A DNA stretch of 63,463 nucleotides, counting the filler, from Pirum gemmata (Eukaryota), in assembly GCA_002812295.1 (NCBI GenBank). It is 22 parts of 22 records of this genome, joined end to end, with 100 filler letters (N's around TTAATTAATTAA, not from the genome) between each part and the next. Parts side by side here need not be neighbours in the genome. Positions count along the whole stretch, not along the records: positions 10,884 to 13,578 come from PDIN01005072.1; positions 13,679 to 16,351 come from PDIN01005073.1; positions 16,452 to 19,145 come from PDIN01005074.1; positions 19,246 to 21,912 come from PDIN01005075.1; positions 22,013 to 24,713 come from PDIN01005076.1; positions 24,814 to 27,488 come from PDIN01005077.1; 16 more parts are not named here. One strand, given 5' to 3'. Under the pieces are notes generated by a model. That model was not told where the DNA came from. It worked only from the letters and a program-made list of their open reading frames with translations, and did no database searches. Every line of letters starts with the position of its first letter. The stretch's first letter is position 1. This document shows, one piece after another, positions 12,128 through 25,810 of this stretch. A program made the translations under genes and the position numbers.

Positions 12128-13929
12128 TACCGGTATATTACATTGATTTTATAAACTAAAATAAATTTACTATAAAAAGCCAGAATTTATTATAATCAGT
12201 AAATTAATTACTTTATATAATTATGACATTGTGTATATTATTCATTATATATATATTAAACTATTTATTTTGATATGTTATATTAAGCATAAAACACCAA
12301 AAAATAAGGATATTGACCTAAATTAGAGTATTTATAATAATTATATAAACATTAACTTGCACACTTGTAACAAACTTAAGCCTGATTAGTATTAATTAGG
12401 AATGCGAGATATCTAATTTTCCTTGATATGGTTGCTTTTGATGTTGTTGCTTCTAATAATAATAATAATAATAATAATAATATGCAAAGTAAATAAATAA
12501 AAAACACAAAATAAATAAAAATAAAATATCATAATACTAAACCAAACGAGCTGCAAAGAGTTAATAAATTAATAGTATTAATCAATTATTTTATTTATTA
12601 AAATATATTATTATAATACATAATTCTATTTTTGAATATTATATAATGTTCTCTAAAAGCTTTATTTAGGGTCTAGTGCTAATTGAAAATTAGGTTAGAG
12701 TTGAGGTTAGGGTTAGGGTTAGGGTTGGGGTTAGGGTTGGGGTTAGGGCTGGGGTTAGGGTTGGGGTTGGGGAGCTGTTAGAGTTAGGTTAGGGTCAGGG
12801 TTAGGGTTAGGGTTAAAAGGTTAGGGAATATAAAAAATAGTGTTAGCTAATTAGTATTATATATTATTATACATTATATAAATGGCAAAATAGTTTAAAA
12901 AAATATAATATATTATGTAATTATAACCTTATGAACCCATGGGCGGGTACGTACCCGAAGTCTCATAGAAAAGATGTGGCCAATTTCTCGAGAACTTTAG
13001 AAAAGAGCTATTCGGACTTTTATCTCTAGTTTAACTTATTTGCTTGGTATCAAAATTTGCACGAAAGTGAAGACATGTCGAGTTTTTATTATAAAAATTC
13101 AATGTGTTTTTTAATTAAAAGTAAAATGTGTTGAAAGAACTGATTATACAAGTGGGAAAGTCACTGAAAAATGAAAAAAAAAAAAGAAAAAAAAAATGAA
13201 AAAAAAAAATGACAATTATTTCTGGCTCGAAAAATTCGAAAGAGGCGCTTAATTAGATTCGGCTTCCAATCTAGTTAGACTCGAACCTCCAAAAAAAAAA
13301 ATTAAAAAAGTCTAATAGTTTAATTTGACAAAAGCAAGGAGTTCAACTCCTTGGACAAAAGTGTAAAATTGTGCGAATATTGAGTGCATATTGGCACTTT
13401 TGTATTCAGTGCTATATTTGGTATTATACAATACCACAAGAAAACTTGATATAAAGACTAATATAATATCGAGTTTCTATAGTGTTTCTATTTATATATA
13501 TAATTCTAGAAATAATAATAATAATAATAATAAATTTAAATGATTAATAATAATAATAATAATAATTATTCATAATCANNNNNNNNNNNNNNNNNNNNNN
13601 NNNNNNNNNNNNNNNNNNNNNNTTAATTAATTAANNNNNNNNNNNNNNNNNNNNNNNNNNNNNNNNNNNNNNNNNNNNTATTATTATTATTATTATTTTA
13701 CAATAAAACAACATTAATAATAATGACGATAGGTTTTGTTATCTTTGACGTTATCTCTTTGTAAGTTTAATTTATGATAAGTTAAGGTTATTTTTTATTG
13801 TTATTATTGTTATTGTTATTGTTATTGTTATTGTTATTGTTATTATAATTGTTATTGTTATTGTCATTATTGTTATTGTTATTGTTACTGTTATTGTTTT
13901 TGTTTTTGTTATTGTTATTGTGGAAATAA

Positions 13930-15660
13930 CCGTTTTTTTTACGAGTATTTAACGAGTTTCTATTACATATTTAGGCATTATTTTTGTAAGTTCAACCCAT
14001 GTTTTGTTCATATTTATGAATAACCCTGAAGAAAAGTCAAAAGTTGCTTATGCTATTTTTCCTTTTAACTCATTCCTAGTGTTTTAATCGCTCATATTTA
14101 GTGTTGTCATTGTTAGTTAGAGCGGATGTTGTTTCTTAACTATCGACAATAACTTATACCGCTTCTTGGAGAGTCTTGGGTAAACAAGTTTCTAAATTAT
14201 GTTCAGGTATTATTTTTGTTAATTCAACTTGTTCCTATTTATGAATAACCCTGTCGAAAAGTCAAAATTTGCTTTTGCTATTTTTCCTTTAGTTTATTTC
14301 TAGTGTTTTATTTGCTCGACTTTGTTATTTCGTTGTGGGCTCATTTTTAATGTTGTCATTGTTAGTTAAAGCGGGTGTTGTTTCTTTGCTGTCGACAATA
14401 ACTCGCATTGCTTCTTGGAGTTTTTGGTAAACATGTTGTTAATATATGTTTAGGTATTATTTTTGTTAGTTCAACTCACATTTTGTTCCTATTTCTGAAT
14501 AACCCTGTCGAAAAGTAAAAATTTGCTTTTGCTATTCTTCCTTTAGTTCATTTCTAGTGTTTTATTTGCTCGATTTTCTTATTTCGTTGTGGGCTTATTT
14601 CTAATGTTGTCATTGTTAAATAAAGCGGATGTTTCTTTTCCATTGACAATAACTCACATTGCTTCTTGGAGTCTTTGGTAAACAAGTTTCTAATATATGT
14701 TTAGGTATTATTTTTGTTAGTTCAACGCACATTTTATTCATGAACAAGCCGGCCAAAAAGTCAAAAGTTTGCTTTAGCTCATTTTTAGTGATTTCATCGC
14801 TCAGCTTTCTTATTTCGTTGTGGGCACATTTTTAATGTTTTCATTGTTAATTAGATCTTGTTTCTTTTCTGTTAGTAATAACTCACACCACTTCTTGGAG
14901 CCTTTGATAAACAAGTTTCTATTGTTTAGACGTTATTTTTGTCAGATCAACGCACATTTTGTTCATATTTACTCTGTCGAAAAGGCAAAAGTTTCTTTCC
15001 TTTAACTTCTTGGGAGTCTCTACTAAACAAGTTTATTATATGTTTAGGAATTATTTTTGTCAGTTCAATTCACATTTTGTTCATATTTATGAATAACCCT
15101 GGCGAAAGGTCAAAAGTTTGCTAACCCTTTTCTTTCCTTTAACTCATTTTTAGTGATGTCATCGCTCGGTTTTCTTATTTCGTTTATTAGTGTTTTAAAC
15201 CTTTGATAAACGAGTTTCTATTATCGTGTTTTTCAATAGTGTTGCCCAGTTCAAAAACTGAAATAAACGTACCTAATTATTATTATGATAAAACTATCAA
15301 ACATGTTTTAATTAATTTGGTATTGTATTTTATAATCAAGTTCGATTATACACTTAAACAATACCAAATTAAATATTGAGAGGACAACTGTAATAAAATA
15401 GACGATACATGTTAATTATTATTATTTCAATCCACATTTATGAATAACCCTACAGAAAAGTCAAAGTTCCCTTTTGCTATTTTTTTCATTAGCTTTGTTT
15501 TCTTTATTTCGTTGTGGGCTCATTTTTAGTATTTTCATTGTTAGTTAAAGCGGATGTTGTTTCTTTGCTGTCAACAATCACTCGTACCGCTTCTTGTACC
15601 TTTGATAAATGAGTTTCTATTATACATGTTAGGTATTATGTTTGTTAGCTCAACCCATAT
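13930..15660. repeat. Degenerate ~230-250-bp tandem satellite, interrupted by a family B repeat
   Basis: The anchor CTTCTTGGAG recurs at about 14162, 14411, 14662 and 14892. GAATAACCCTG..GAAAAGTCAAA recurs throughout, and the array resumes at about 15430 after the insertion. Confidence 0.9.
15226..15405 (+). mobile_element. Dispersed ~175-bp non-coding repeat family B (GTTGCCCAGTTCAAAAACTGAAATAAACGTACC...GAAATAGACG)
   Basis: Copies in both orientations at about 6195-6345, 10884-11010, 11455-11630, 22965-23130, 31484-31646, 41917-42092 and 58995-59146. No clear TIR, so the class is unassigned. Confidence 0.8.
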
Positions 15661-16696
15661 TTTGTTCTACCCTTAACCTTAACCCTAACCCTATTAAGTG
15701 TTGTGTGATTATAAAGTTTAGGATTCAGGTTAGGGCTAGGGTTAACGTTAGGGTTAGGGTTAAGGTTAGGGCTAGGGATAACGTTAGGGTTAGGGTTAAG
15801 ATTAGGGCTAGGGTTAACGTTAGGGAAATAACTAATGACTACTAATATCATAATGGGTGTTGAATAGGGGTACGGTTACAATTAGGGTTAGTAATATGTA
15901 TTAGTTCAATATATTATGTGTGTTAATTCAACCCACATTTTGTTCTACCCTTAACCCTAACCCTAACCCTATTAAGTGTTGTGTGATTATAAAGTTTAGG
16001 GTTAAGGTTAGGGTAATAGATAATGACTACTACTATCCCGATGTTGTTGAACATAACGGGTTAGGGTTAGGGTTAGGATTAGGGTTAGGTTAGGATTTGG
16101 GTTAGGGTTAGGGTTAGGGTTAGGGTTAGGATTTGAGCTAGGGTTAGGGTTAGGGTTAGGATTTGAGCTAGGGTTAGGTTTAGGGTAAGGATTTGAGTTA
16201 GGGTTAGAAAGATTATCAATTACAAATAAAAAAAAAAAATTAAAAATTATGAGAATCAGTATTATGGAACTTGTATATATATATATCACTTGTGGTATAT
16301 TCATATATAGATCAAGGGCCGAAAGACCCAAATCTGGTTCCATATATATATNNNNNNNNNNNNNNNNNNNNNNNNNNNNNNNNNNNNNNNNNNNNTTAAT
16401 TAATTAANNNNNNNNNNNNNNNNNNNNNNNNNNNNNNNNNNNNNNNNNNNNAAATCAATAAAAAAATAAATTAAAAAAAAACAAAGAAAAGAAAAGAAAC
16501 AGATAAGAAATAAAATGAAAACAGAACAGAGTGAATGTCTGTGAATGGGTGTTAATAACTATAGTAAAATAACAAACAAATGGTAATAATAGTAAAATGA
16601 TTAATTAGCAAACGGTAATAATAATATGCTAGTAAATAGTATTATAATAATAAAATAATATAGTATCTAAACATCAACTACAAAATCATAAAAATG

Positions 16697-16747
<51 letters not shown>

Positions 16748-16824
16748 AGTTTTTTTCTCAAGTGATACATATGGACACCTGCTTCGTGTAAAAGAATTGT
16801 ATTTTAGGGTGTGGTTCGAACGAT

Positions 16825-17135
16825 TACCCTAAAAGTAACTATATTACATTTTTTTGGAAATTTAAAATATCTATTTTTCTAAATTAGTTCAAATATTACC
16901 TTGTAATTACATCAATTTTAGAAAAATGTTTAAGGCGTTCGTATTTTTCGGTTCAAGCGAACAACCTAAAAAGTAATTATATTACTTTGGAAATTTAAAA
17001 TAACTATTTTTTGAAATTAGTTCAAATATTACCTTATAATTACATCAATTTTAGGAAATATTTAAGGCGTCGTATTTTTCGGTTCAAGCAAACACCTTAA
17101 AAAGTAACTATATTACTTTTTTTGGAAATTTATAA
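16825..17135. repeat. ~130-140-bp tandem repeat, about 2.3 units
   Basis: AAAAGTAAYTATATTAC..TTGGAAATTTA recurs at about 16831, 16970 and 17100. Confidence 0.85.
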
Positions 17136-17339
17136 CTAAATTCAACAATTATTTTTTTGAATTAGTCTGATCAAACGTAAAAAGCAGAGGGTAGAATGAC
17201 CCTTAGAACCTCGGAAGTTTGCTTTAAGTATGTATTCAAAAATTGTCTGTCGTCTCGATCTTTAATTTGGTACTGTTTAAGTGTATAATTGAACTTGTTT
17301 ATATAAAACATTTATTTCATATTTTTTTGTAACTGGACA

Positions 17340-17550
17340 AACCTATTTCGAACAGCCAAGCCAGATAAAGCAGTAAAAATGATTTTTTTTTTAGACTTCT
17401 TTTCTAAAACCTTAAAAGCTAACGCCAAATTATTTTTAAAAATTGGCCATTGGTTGATAATAGTTTTCTTAGACAATTTCTCAAAATTTGATCGTACTTT
17501 CATTAAAATTGGAAGATTTTGAGATTTCGTCGGTTTTTGAGCTCATATGG
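17340..17550. repeat. Dispersed repeat with a diverged inverted copy at about 46895-47108
   Basis: The block GAGCTCAAAA..AATCTCAA..TCCAATTTTAA..AACCAATGG..TTTAAAAATAATTTGGC is shared in opposite orientation. Confidence 0.7.
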
Positions 17551-17597
17551 CGGATTTCGCAACGTTTTTCCTGCTTGGATAAAAAAAAAAAAAAAGC

Positions 17598-18925
17598 AGG
17601 TGAAAATTTATTGTGAATTTCATTTTTTTGTCCCTTAAATTTTAATTTATCATAGTATTACTATAACCAAAAAGAAATATATAAAAAAAATCATAGTAAA
17701 TTACTCGAAATTGGATCGTTGTTTTTTTGATTTTAGTGTTATGGTTGGTTTAACTCGAGGGTAGTATAGTGAGCGAATACTAAATGTTATGGTTGGCTCA
17801 GTTCGAAGGTAGTATGGGCGAATACTAAATGTGAAAATGTATCGTGAATTTCATTTTTTGTGTCCCTCAGATTTTAATTTAGTATTACTATAACCAAAAA
17901 GAAATTTATTAAAAATATCATAAATTACTCAAAAATTGTATCCTTTTTTTGCGATTTTAGTGTTATGGTTGGTTCGACTCGAGGATTGTATAGTAGACGA
18001 AAAGTAAATTTTATGGCTGGTTTGACTCGAAGGTAGTATAGGCGAATGCTAATGTGAAAATGTATCATGAATTTATTTTTTTGTGTCCTTTAAATTTTAA
18101 ATTAGTATTACTATAACCAAATATATTAAAAAAATCATAAAATTACTCAAATTGTATTAACTTTTTTTTTTGTCCCTTGAATTTTAATAGTATTACTATA
18201 ACCAAAAAGAAATATATATTTAGAATCATAGTAAATTACTCGAAATTGGATAGTTATTTTTGTGGTTTTAGTGTTATGGTTGGTTTGACTCGAGGATAGT
18301 ATAGTGAGCGAATACTAAATGTTATGGTTGGTTCGTTCGGTTCGAAGATGGTATGGGCGAATACTAAATGTGAAAATGTATCAGGAATTTCATTTTTTGT
18401 GTCCCTTAGATTTTAATTAGTATTACTATAACCAAAAAGAATCGATTAAAAAAATCATAAATTACTCAAAAATTGTACCGTTTTTGTGATTTTAGTGTTA
18501 TGGTTGGTTCGACTCGAGGATGGTATAGTAGACGAAAAGTTAATTTTATGGTTGGTTGACTCAAAGGTAGTATGGGTGAATACTAATGTGAAAATGTATC
18601 ATGAATTTAATTTTTTGTGTCCTTTAAATTTTAAGTTGTATTACTATAACCAAATATATTAAAAAAATCATTGTATCGTTTACGTTGTTTTTTTGATTTT
18701 AATTTATCAGTATTACTATAACCAAAAAGAAATACATAAAAAAACCATAGTAAATTACTCGAAATTGTATCGTTGTTTTTGTGATTTTAGTGCTATGGTT
18801 GGTTTGACTCGAGGGTGGTATATTGTGCGAATATTAAAAGTTATGGTTGGTTTGGTTCGAAGGTAGTATGGCCGAATGCTAAATGTGAAAATGTATCGTG
18901 AATTTCATTTTTTTTTTTGTCCCTT
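17598..18925. repeat. Satellite with ~220-235-bp monomers and ~535-bp higher-order periodicity
   Basis: The GTGAAAATGTATC anchor occurs at about 17832, 18055, 18370, 18588 and 18885. A-type, B-type and truncated monomers alternate. Confidence 0.9.
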
Positions 18926-19972
18926 GCCCTTCGTTTTTATTTGACTGTTTTTTGACTATGTTTTTGACTGCGTTTTTTTTTTTTCTAGCTCGAGTGTTTT
19001 TCGATCAGAGATAAAGCGAGCCTACATAATTTGGTTCATTTTATTCATTTTTTGAAAAAGTTTTGATAAGTGTTTTTCAACTTCAAAATACAAACCAAAA
19101 AAAAAAACGCTACTTATATTATTGGTTTTTGTCCCTGTTATTATTNNNNNNNNNNNNNNNNNNNNNNNNNNNNNNNNNNNNNNNNNNNNTTAATTAATTA
19201 ANNNNNNNNNNNNNNNNNNNNNNNNNNNNNNNNNNNNNNNNNNNNTAATTAGTAAAAAAAAATTTTTTTTAGAAAAAAAGGAAAAAAATGGATGGGCTCA
19301 TATGAGCCCTTTTTTCTGACCGATAGAGACTAAAGCACCCTAGCTAGAGTACCTCAGTAGCTCAGTAGAGTACCTGGTAGTTCGATATAGATAGACCTAT
19401 CAAAGTAGAGGACGACGGTTATTTTTTTTTACGAATATATTATACATTCGACTATTAGACTTTTTTTCAGACATGCCTTTTTCGCACGTAGATGTAATTT
19501 TTTTAGACCTAGATGAAGGTAAATTTTTAGATGTAATGTAAATCTACTGCAATGGAATAGCTAATTCTGGAAGAACAAAGGAAAGAAGTACAAAAAAAGT
19601 TCGAAAACCCGATTCTTGTATAACATAATATTATGATTATATGATACCAAGAAAACACAAAACAAACAAAAACACAACCGCCGTTGTCGGTTTAGTTAAA
19701 AAAAAGTTTTTATTTTGCTTTGTATTGATGATAATATTATACCCAACATCGTAGTGATATGGGTTTTTTAATTTAGAATTTCGATAATAATCATGCATTA
19801 ATCGTCATATAATCATTATAACCTTTATAATTAAATTTATTACTAAATCAATACATTATATTATATTCATTGATTGTCTACGCAAATCCTACCTAGCACA
19901 AAGAAAACGTGCATTTATTCTTTACGGATAATTGTTAAGAAATCCCACATGCATGTATTTGTCACAGCGAAA

Positions 19973-21449
<1,477 letters not shown>

Positions 21450-22106
21450 CTGTACATTCCAATTATACAAGTTGATATTTTCGTTTTAGGTTACTGATTT
21501 TGGTTTTAGGTTTTACTGATCAGAGATACGTGTGTATTTTTCTCAAACCAAAATAAAAAAACAAAAACAAAACAAAATAAAAAACGAAATAATCAAAATA
21601 ATCAAAACTAATGCCAACAACACGAACATAAAACACAAACTCCAAACAAAAACAAAAACAAAAATAAGACCAAACCAAAACCAAAACAAAAATAAAGCAA
21701 AATAATCAAAATAATCAAAACTAACGCCAGGAACACGAGCATAAAACACAAACTCCAAAACAAAAACAAAAACAAAAACAAAAACAAAAACATAAATAAA
21801 AATAAAACCAAACCAAAACCAAAACCAAAAACCAAAAACCAAAAACCAAAAACCAAAAATCAAAAACCAAAAATCAAAAACCAAAAACCAAAAACCAAAA
21901 CCAAAAACCAAANNNNNNNNNNNNNNNNNNNNNNNNNNNNNNNNNNNNNNNNNNNNTTAATTAATTAANNNNNNNNNNNNNNNNNNNNNNNNNNNNNNNN
22001 NNNNNNNNNNNNTATTTATTATTATATTTATTATTTATTATTTATTTATTATTTATTATTTATTATTTATTAGTAGTAGTAGTATGAGAAGTAGACTTAT
22101 CCCGTG

Positions 22107-22192
22107 TGACTTTGCGGGAATCGAACCCAGGACCTTTGGGTCACGTGACATTTATGGCTGCGAATCTGTTATTTAAACTGAGCCAAAAGGAA
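22107..22192 (-). pseudogene. tRNA-derived element (tRNA pseudogene or SINE head)
   Basis: A-box-like TGGCTCAGTTT and B-box GGTTCGATTCC. The T-stem and acceptor stem pair only partly, and no clean anticodon arm is visible. Confidence 0.5.
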
Positions 22193-22265
22193 TCATCCTG
22201 TTTGGAGTCTGGACCCAGTTTATCTTGTACTTTTAAAAGGCTTTCACGTGCCCGCTCAAAGGGGC

Positions 22266-22340
22266 TGCGAAGTGGCGCAGTGGTTATTTGGTTAACAACC
22301 TGGATCCGGAGGTATTGGGTTCGAATCCCCCCGACCAAGA
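22266..22340 (+). pseudogene. tRNA-derived element (tRNA pseudogene or SINE head)
   Basis: A-box TGGCGCAGTGG and B-box GGTTCGAATCC at tRNA-like spacing. The acceptor stem does not pair. Confidence 0.5.
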
Positions 22341-23215
22341 CGAAGACCGTCTATAAATACAACATAAAAGTNAAAGTCCAAATATCGTTGTCCCAATAAC
22401 AACCAGTCGGGGTTTTCCAATAATTTCCCCACCTGTGAATCAAAAAAAAAAAATGCCCGCTCAACAGTTTATAAAAAAGCCAAGAACTATATACGAAAGT
22501 ATCATGATTTTAATGAAATGTAAATTTCTTTTTTTTTAAATAGAACACCTAAATTTGTAAATATTACCATCTAAGGTCAAGCCTAAAACTTTTTTTTAAA
22601 AATAGTCTAGTAAAAAAGAAAATTTCCTTTAAAAAATATACTTTTAAAGTAACAGAACACCCAAATTTGTAAAATTAACCATTTTAGGTTATTATTTATG
22701 GTGTAATTAATACTCCATTTTGTGGTAGTTAATTGTGTATGTATTTTTTTTACAAATTTATATATAATCAATAAACGAAATGTCAACAAAAAAAAAAAAC
22801 AGTTTATAATATTTAAATTGTTACTTTTAAATAAATAAATATATAATAAAGTATACCAAATTAAATGAAATGGATTTATTTTGTATTTATTTGGCACTCT
22901 TTATTGTATATTTTATGACAACAAAATAACTGAAAAGCACGATATTATTCAAACTATACTATCTTCTATTTCATCACAGTTATCCTCTCAATCTTTAAAA
23001 TTTGGTACTATTTAAGTGTATAATTGAACTTGTTTATAAAGTAAAGAATTAAGTATAAAATACCAAATTAATTAAAACATGTCTGATAGTTTAACCATAA
23101 TGATAATTTGGTAGGTTTATTTCAGTTTTTNNNNNNNNNNNNNNNNNNNNNNNNNNNNNNNNNNNNNNNNNNNNNNNNNNNNNNNNNNNNNNNNNNNNNN
23201 NNNNNNNNNNNNNNN

Positions 23216-23320
23216 CCCTAACCCTAACCCTAACCCTAACCCTAACCCTAACCCTAACCCTAACCCTAACCCTAACCCTAACCCTAACCCTAACCCTAAC
23301 CCTAACCCTAACCCTAACCC
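23216..23320. repeat. Near-perfect (CCCTAA)n telomere-type array
   Basis: Seen directly next to an internal gap. Other arrays lie at about 12700-12830, 16058-16206, 44211-44350, 45113-45260, 54870-55180, 57853-58072 and 60670-60746. Confidence 0.9.
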
Positions 23321-24112
23321 GGGGGTCTAGGGGGGTCTATAGACTATTATGATAATTATGATAGACTAGTCTACTAGCTAGAGCTAGCTAGCTAGACTAC
23401 TTAATGATAGTAGTATGATAGTCTTGTATACAGTATAAGTCGCTTATTCTTTGATAAAAGTCATTTCTCGAAAGTGTGACTTAAACTGTTTTAGGCAGTA
23501 ATTAATTATTAAAATGAACTTTAAAATTATGACCAAAAGTGTTTTGGGCAAAGAGGCATAGGTAAGATTAGGTGGCGTCCTTTATGGATGATTCCTAATA
23601 TCGATTGGAATTATTTACCGTATTAGAAAAAAACTACCGGTAACTAAAAATCACACTGAAATTGCGAATTTGCCTAATTAGCAGTCTAAACCACAAGTAT
23701 CAATAACACAACTGGTCGAACGACGAACTACTGGTCGTTCTTTTTGAAAATAAACACTGGCTGAAATTGAAAATTCATCTGCACTTTTACTTTTTCAGTA
23801 CTTTTTCACTACTTTTTCAGTACTTTTTCTCACCTTAATTCCTTTGTTGGGCTCTGGTGACGTCTCTTAAAATTGCATTTTGGGAGCGTTCAAATAATAC
23901 GTCACGTCAAGGGGTAGGTAGGTAGGTGGTATTTGACCAGAAATTAACGTCGAGGGATAGGTAGGTAGGGTGTATTTGAAGCTGTATTTGACTGGAAATT
24001 GGCGTTATGTAGTGTTTGAAGTTTTGAACTCTTCTTTTCTGGAAAAAAAAGTGCGGAAAAAGATAGAAAAAGTGAAAAACAGTGAAAAACAGGATGAATT
24101 TTTTTATGCATG

Positions 24113-24155
<43 letters not shown>

Positions 24156-24545
24156 CTTTTTTTTTTTCGCACTTTTTCAGTAAAGACGTCATCATAAACA
24201 CTGCAGAACCCAGTTGTTCCTATCACATAAAATCTTATGATAAGCATTCAGACTGAAATATAAGCCATTGAAATGGCAATCTAGAAAAAGGGTATTTCGA
24301 GAAGTGACGTCATTAATGAATGTTCTCTTAGTAGCCCAGCTAGCTTAGCCTGGGCACAGTTTACGCCTTTTTTGGAATTTTATAACATATTATTTCTTTA
24401 TTTGGTAATTTATAGTTGCTCAAAACTATTTCAAAACTGCACGCACTGAGCCACTGAGCGCTTCTATAGCTACCACCATGTGGTCCACCACCACCAAGTA
24501 GACGGTAGACCCAGTTTACAGATTACCGTAGATCCCGTCTGGTAG

Positions 24546-24699
24546 GGGAGCGTTCAAATACTACGTAACGCCAATTTCTGGTCAAATACAGCTTCAAATA
24601 CCCCTCTCTACCTACCTCTCGACGTTAATTTCCGGTCAAATACCACCTACTTACCTACCCCTTGACGTGAGTCACGTGACGTATTATTTGAAGGCTCCC
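24546..24699 (+). mobile_element. MITE family D (~150 bp, TIR GGGAGCGTTCAAATAMTACGT), Tourist/PIF-like
   Basis: Both TIRs are present. Related copies lie at about 23882-24020 (inverted), 30755-30880, 42424-42456 and 42555-42662, with a variant ending at about 61038. Confidence 0.8.
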
Positions 24700-24833
24700 T
24701 AGTAGTACTGACTNNNNNNNNNNNNNNNNNNNNNNNNNNNNNNNNNNNNNNNNNNNNTTAATTAATTAANNNNNNNNNNNNNNNNNNNNNNNNNNNNNNN
24801 NNNNNNNNNNNNNAATAATAATAATAATAACTT

Positions 24834-25557
24834 TGGCCATATATACAACACGCATATAGAACATCCATACATACACTATTGGAAGGTTAGTCCATACTTT
24901 ATGGTATACGGTCAGGATTGTAATAATCCAGTGGATTATGCTCTTTTGCCACAAGCACAACAATTAAAGTATCCAAATTGGAAAAATACTAGAGATAAAA
25001 TGATCCAAAGATGGAATGCTATTAGAAAAATTATAATTGAAATGAATCACGAGAACAAATTACGTCATCAAAACGAAAAAGAACCAAAGGACTTTTTAGT
25101 AGGGGACAAAGTACTAATTCGAAATCATATATTAGTAAAAAATGAAAATTTAGTTAGGAAATGGCAACCTAAATTCAAAACCCAGATTAACGAAATAATC
25201 GAAATCTTAACCCCAACTATTTACAAAATTAAAAACGGACACGATAACTCGGATATTCGTACTTATGATGTTGAAGATTTGAAACTTTTTATTAAAAAAG
25301 CAAATCATCAACTCCAATCGTTTAATAATCTAACAGAACAAGGGCAGGATCACGGTTGGAACACAATTCAAACAGGAGAAGTTGAAGTAGAAAAAAATTT
25401 AAATTAGAGAATTGTAACCAAAAGAGGCCGTAGAAAAGAAACCCACTATTTAGTTAGATTCAAAGGATTGGGCGAAACCGAAGATACGTGGATATCACAT
25501 GATGATTTAAATTGCGAAGAATTAATTAAATCATATTATATGAGGAGGCTTGACTGA
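24834..25557 (+). mobile_element. Ty3/Gypsy chromovirus pol 3' end (integrase C-terminus, GPY/F region, chromodomain), frameshifted
   Basis: PYIQHAYRTSIHT..SPYFMVYGQD, then FLVGDKVLIRN..KWQPKFK..IIEILTPTIYKI, then across frameshifts/stops EVEK..HY/LVRFKGLGETEDTWISHDDLNCEELIKSY (chromodomain). Confidence 0.88.
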
Positions 25558-25569
25558 GGGAAAGGTGGT

Positions 25570-25810
25570 AGTAGGTTCATCCTACATTATAGTAAAATAA
25601 CAATAATTTTGGAAACATTATATTTTTATAAATTTTTATAAAAACAATCCCACAGCCGTCTGACTCGGAGCAGATGGGTATAAAAGGAGCTCTGCTCTTC
25701 AGAAAATATATAAAATCCTCTTTCAAACTTTTAAAAATCTATATTTTATATTTATCATAATAATTATACCCTTGTTACATTTTTTATAGTTATATTAACC
25801 AAAACCTACA
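25570..25810 (+). mobile_element. 3' LTR of the chromovirus (~241 bp) preceded by a polypurine tract
   Basis: Purine-rich tract GAGGGAAAGGTGGT at 25556-25569. The termini AGTAGGTT...AACCTACA are a 7/8 inverted match with a canonical CA end. TATAAAA is at 25679-25685. Confidence 0.7.

Noticed and set aside
13930..18925. Repeat arrays as CRISPR-like arrays
   Set aside because: Whole monomers repeat with no unique spacers, there are no cas genes, and the context is eukaryotic.
19294..19309. Perfect 16-bp palindrome GGGCTCATATGAGCCC
   Set aside because: A single occurrence near a contig end. It may be a TE subterminal motif, but nothing else supports a function.
22107..22340. Functional tRNA genes
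   Set aside because: The acceptor and T stems do not pair properly and no anticodon can be assigned. They are kept only as tRNA-derived elements.
23216..23320. True chromosome end
   Set aside because: Similar arrays occur throughout introns and internal positions, and this one borders an internal scaffold gap. It cannot be called a telomere from this data.
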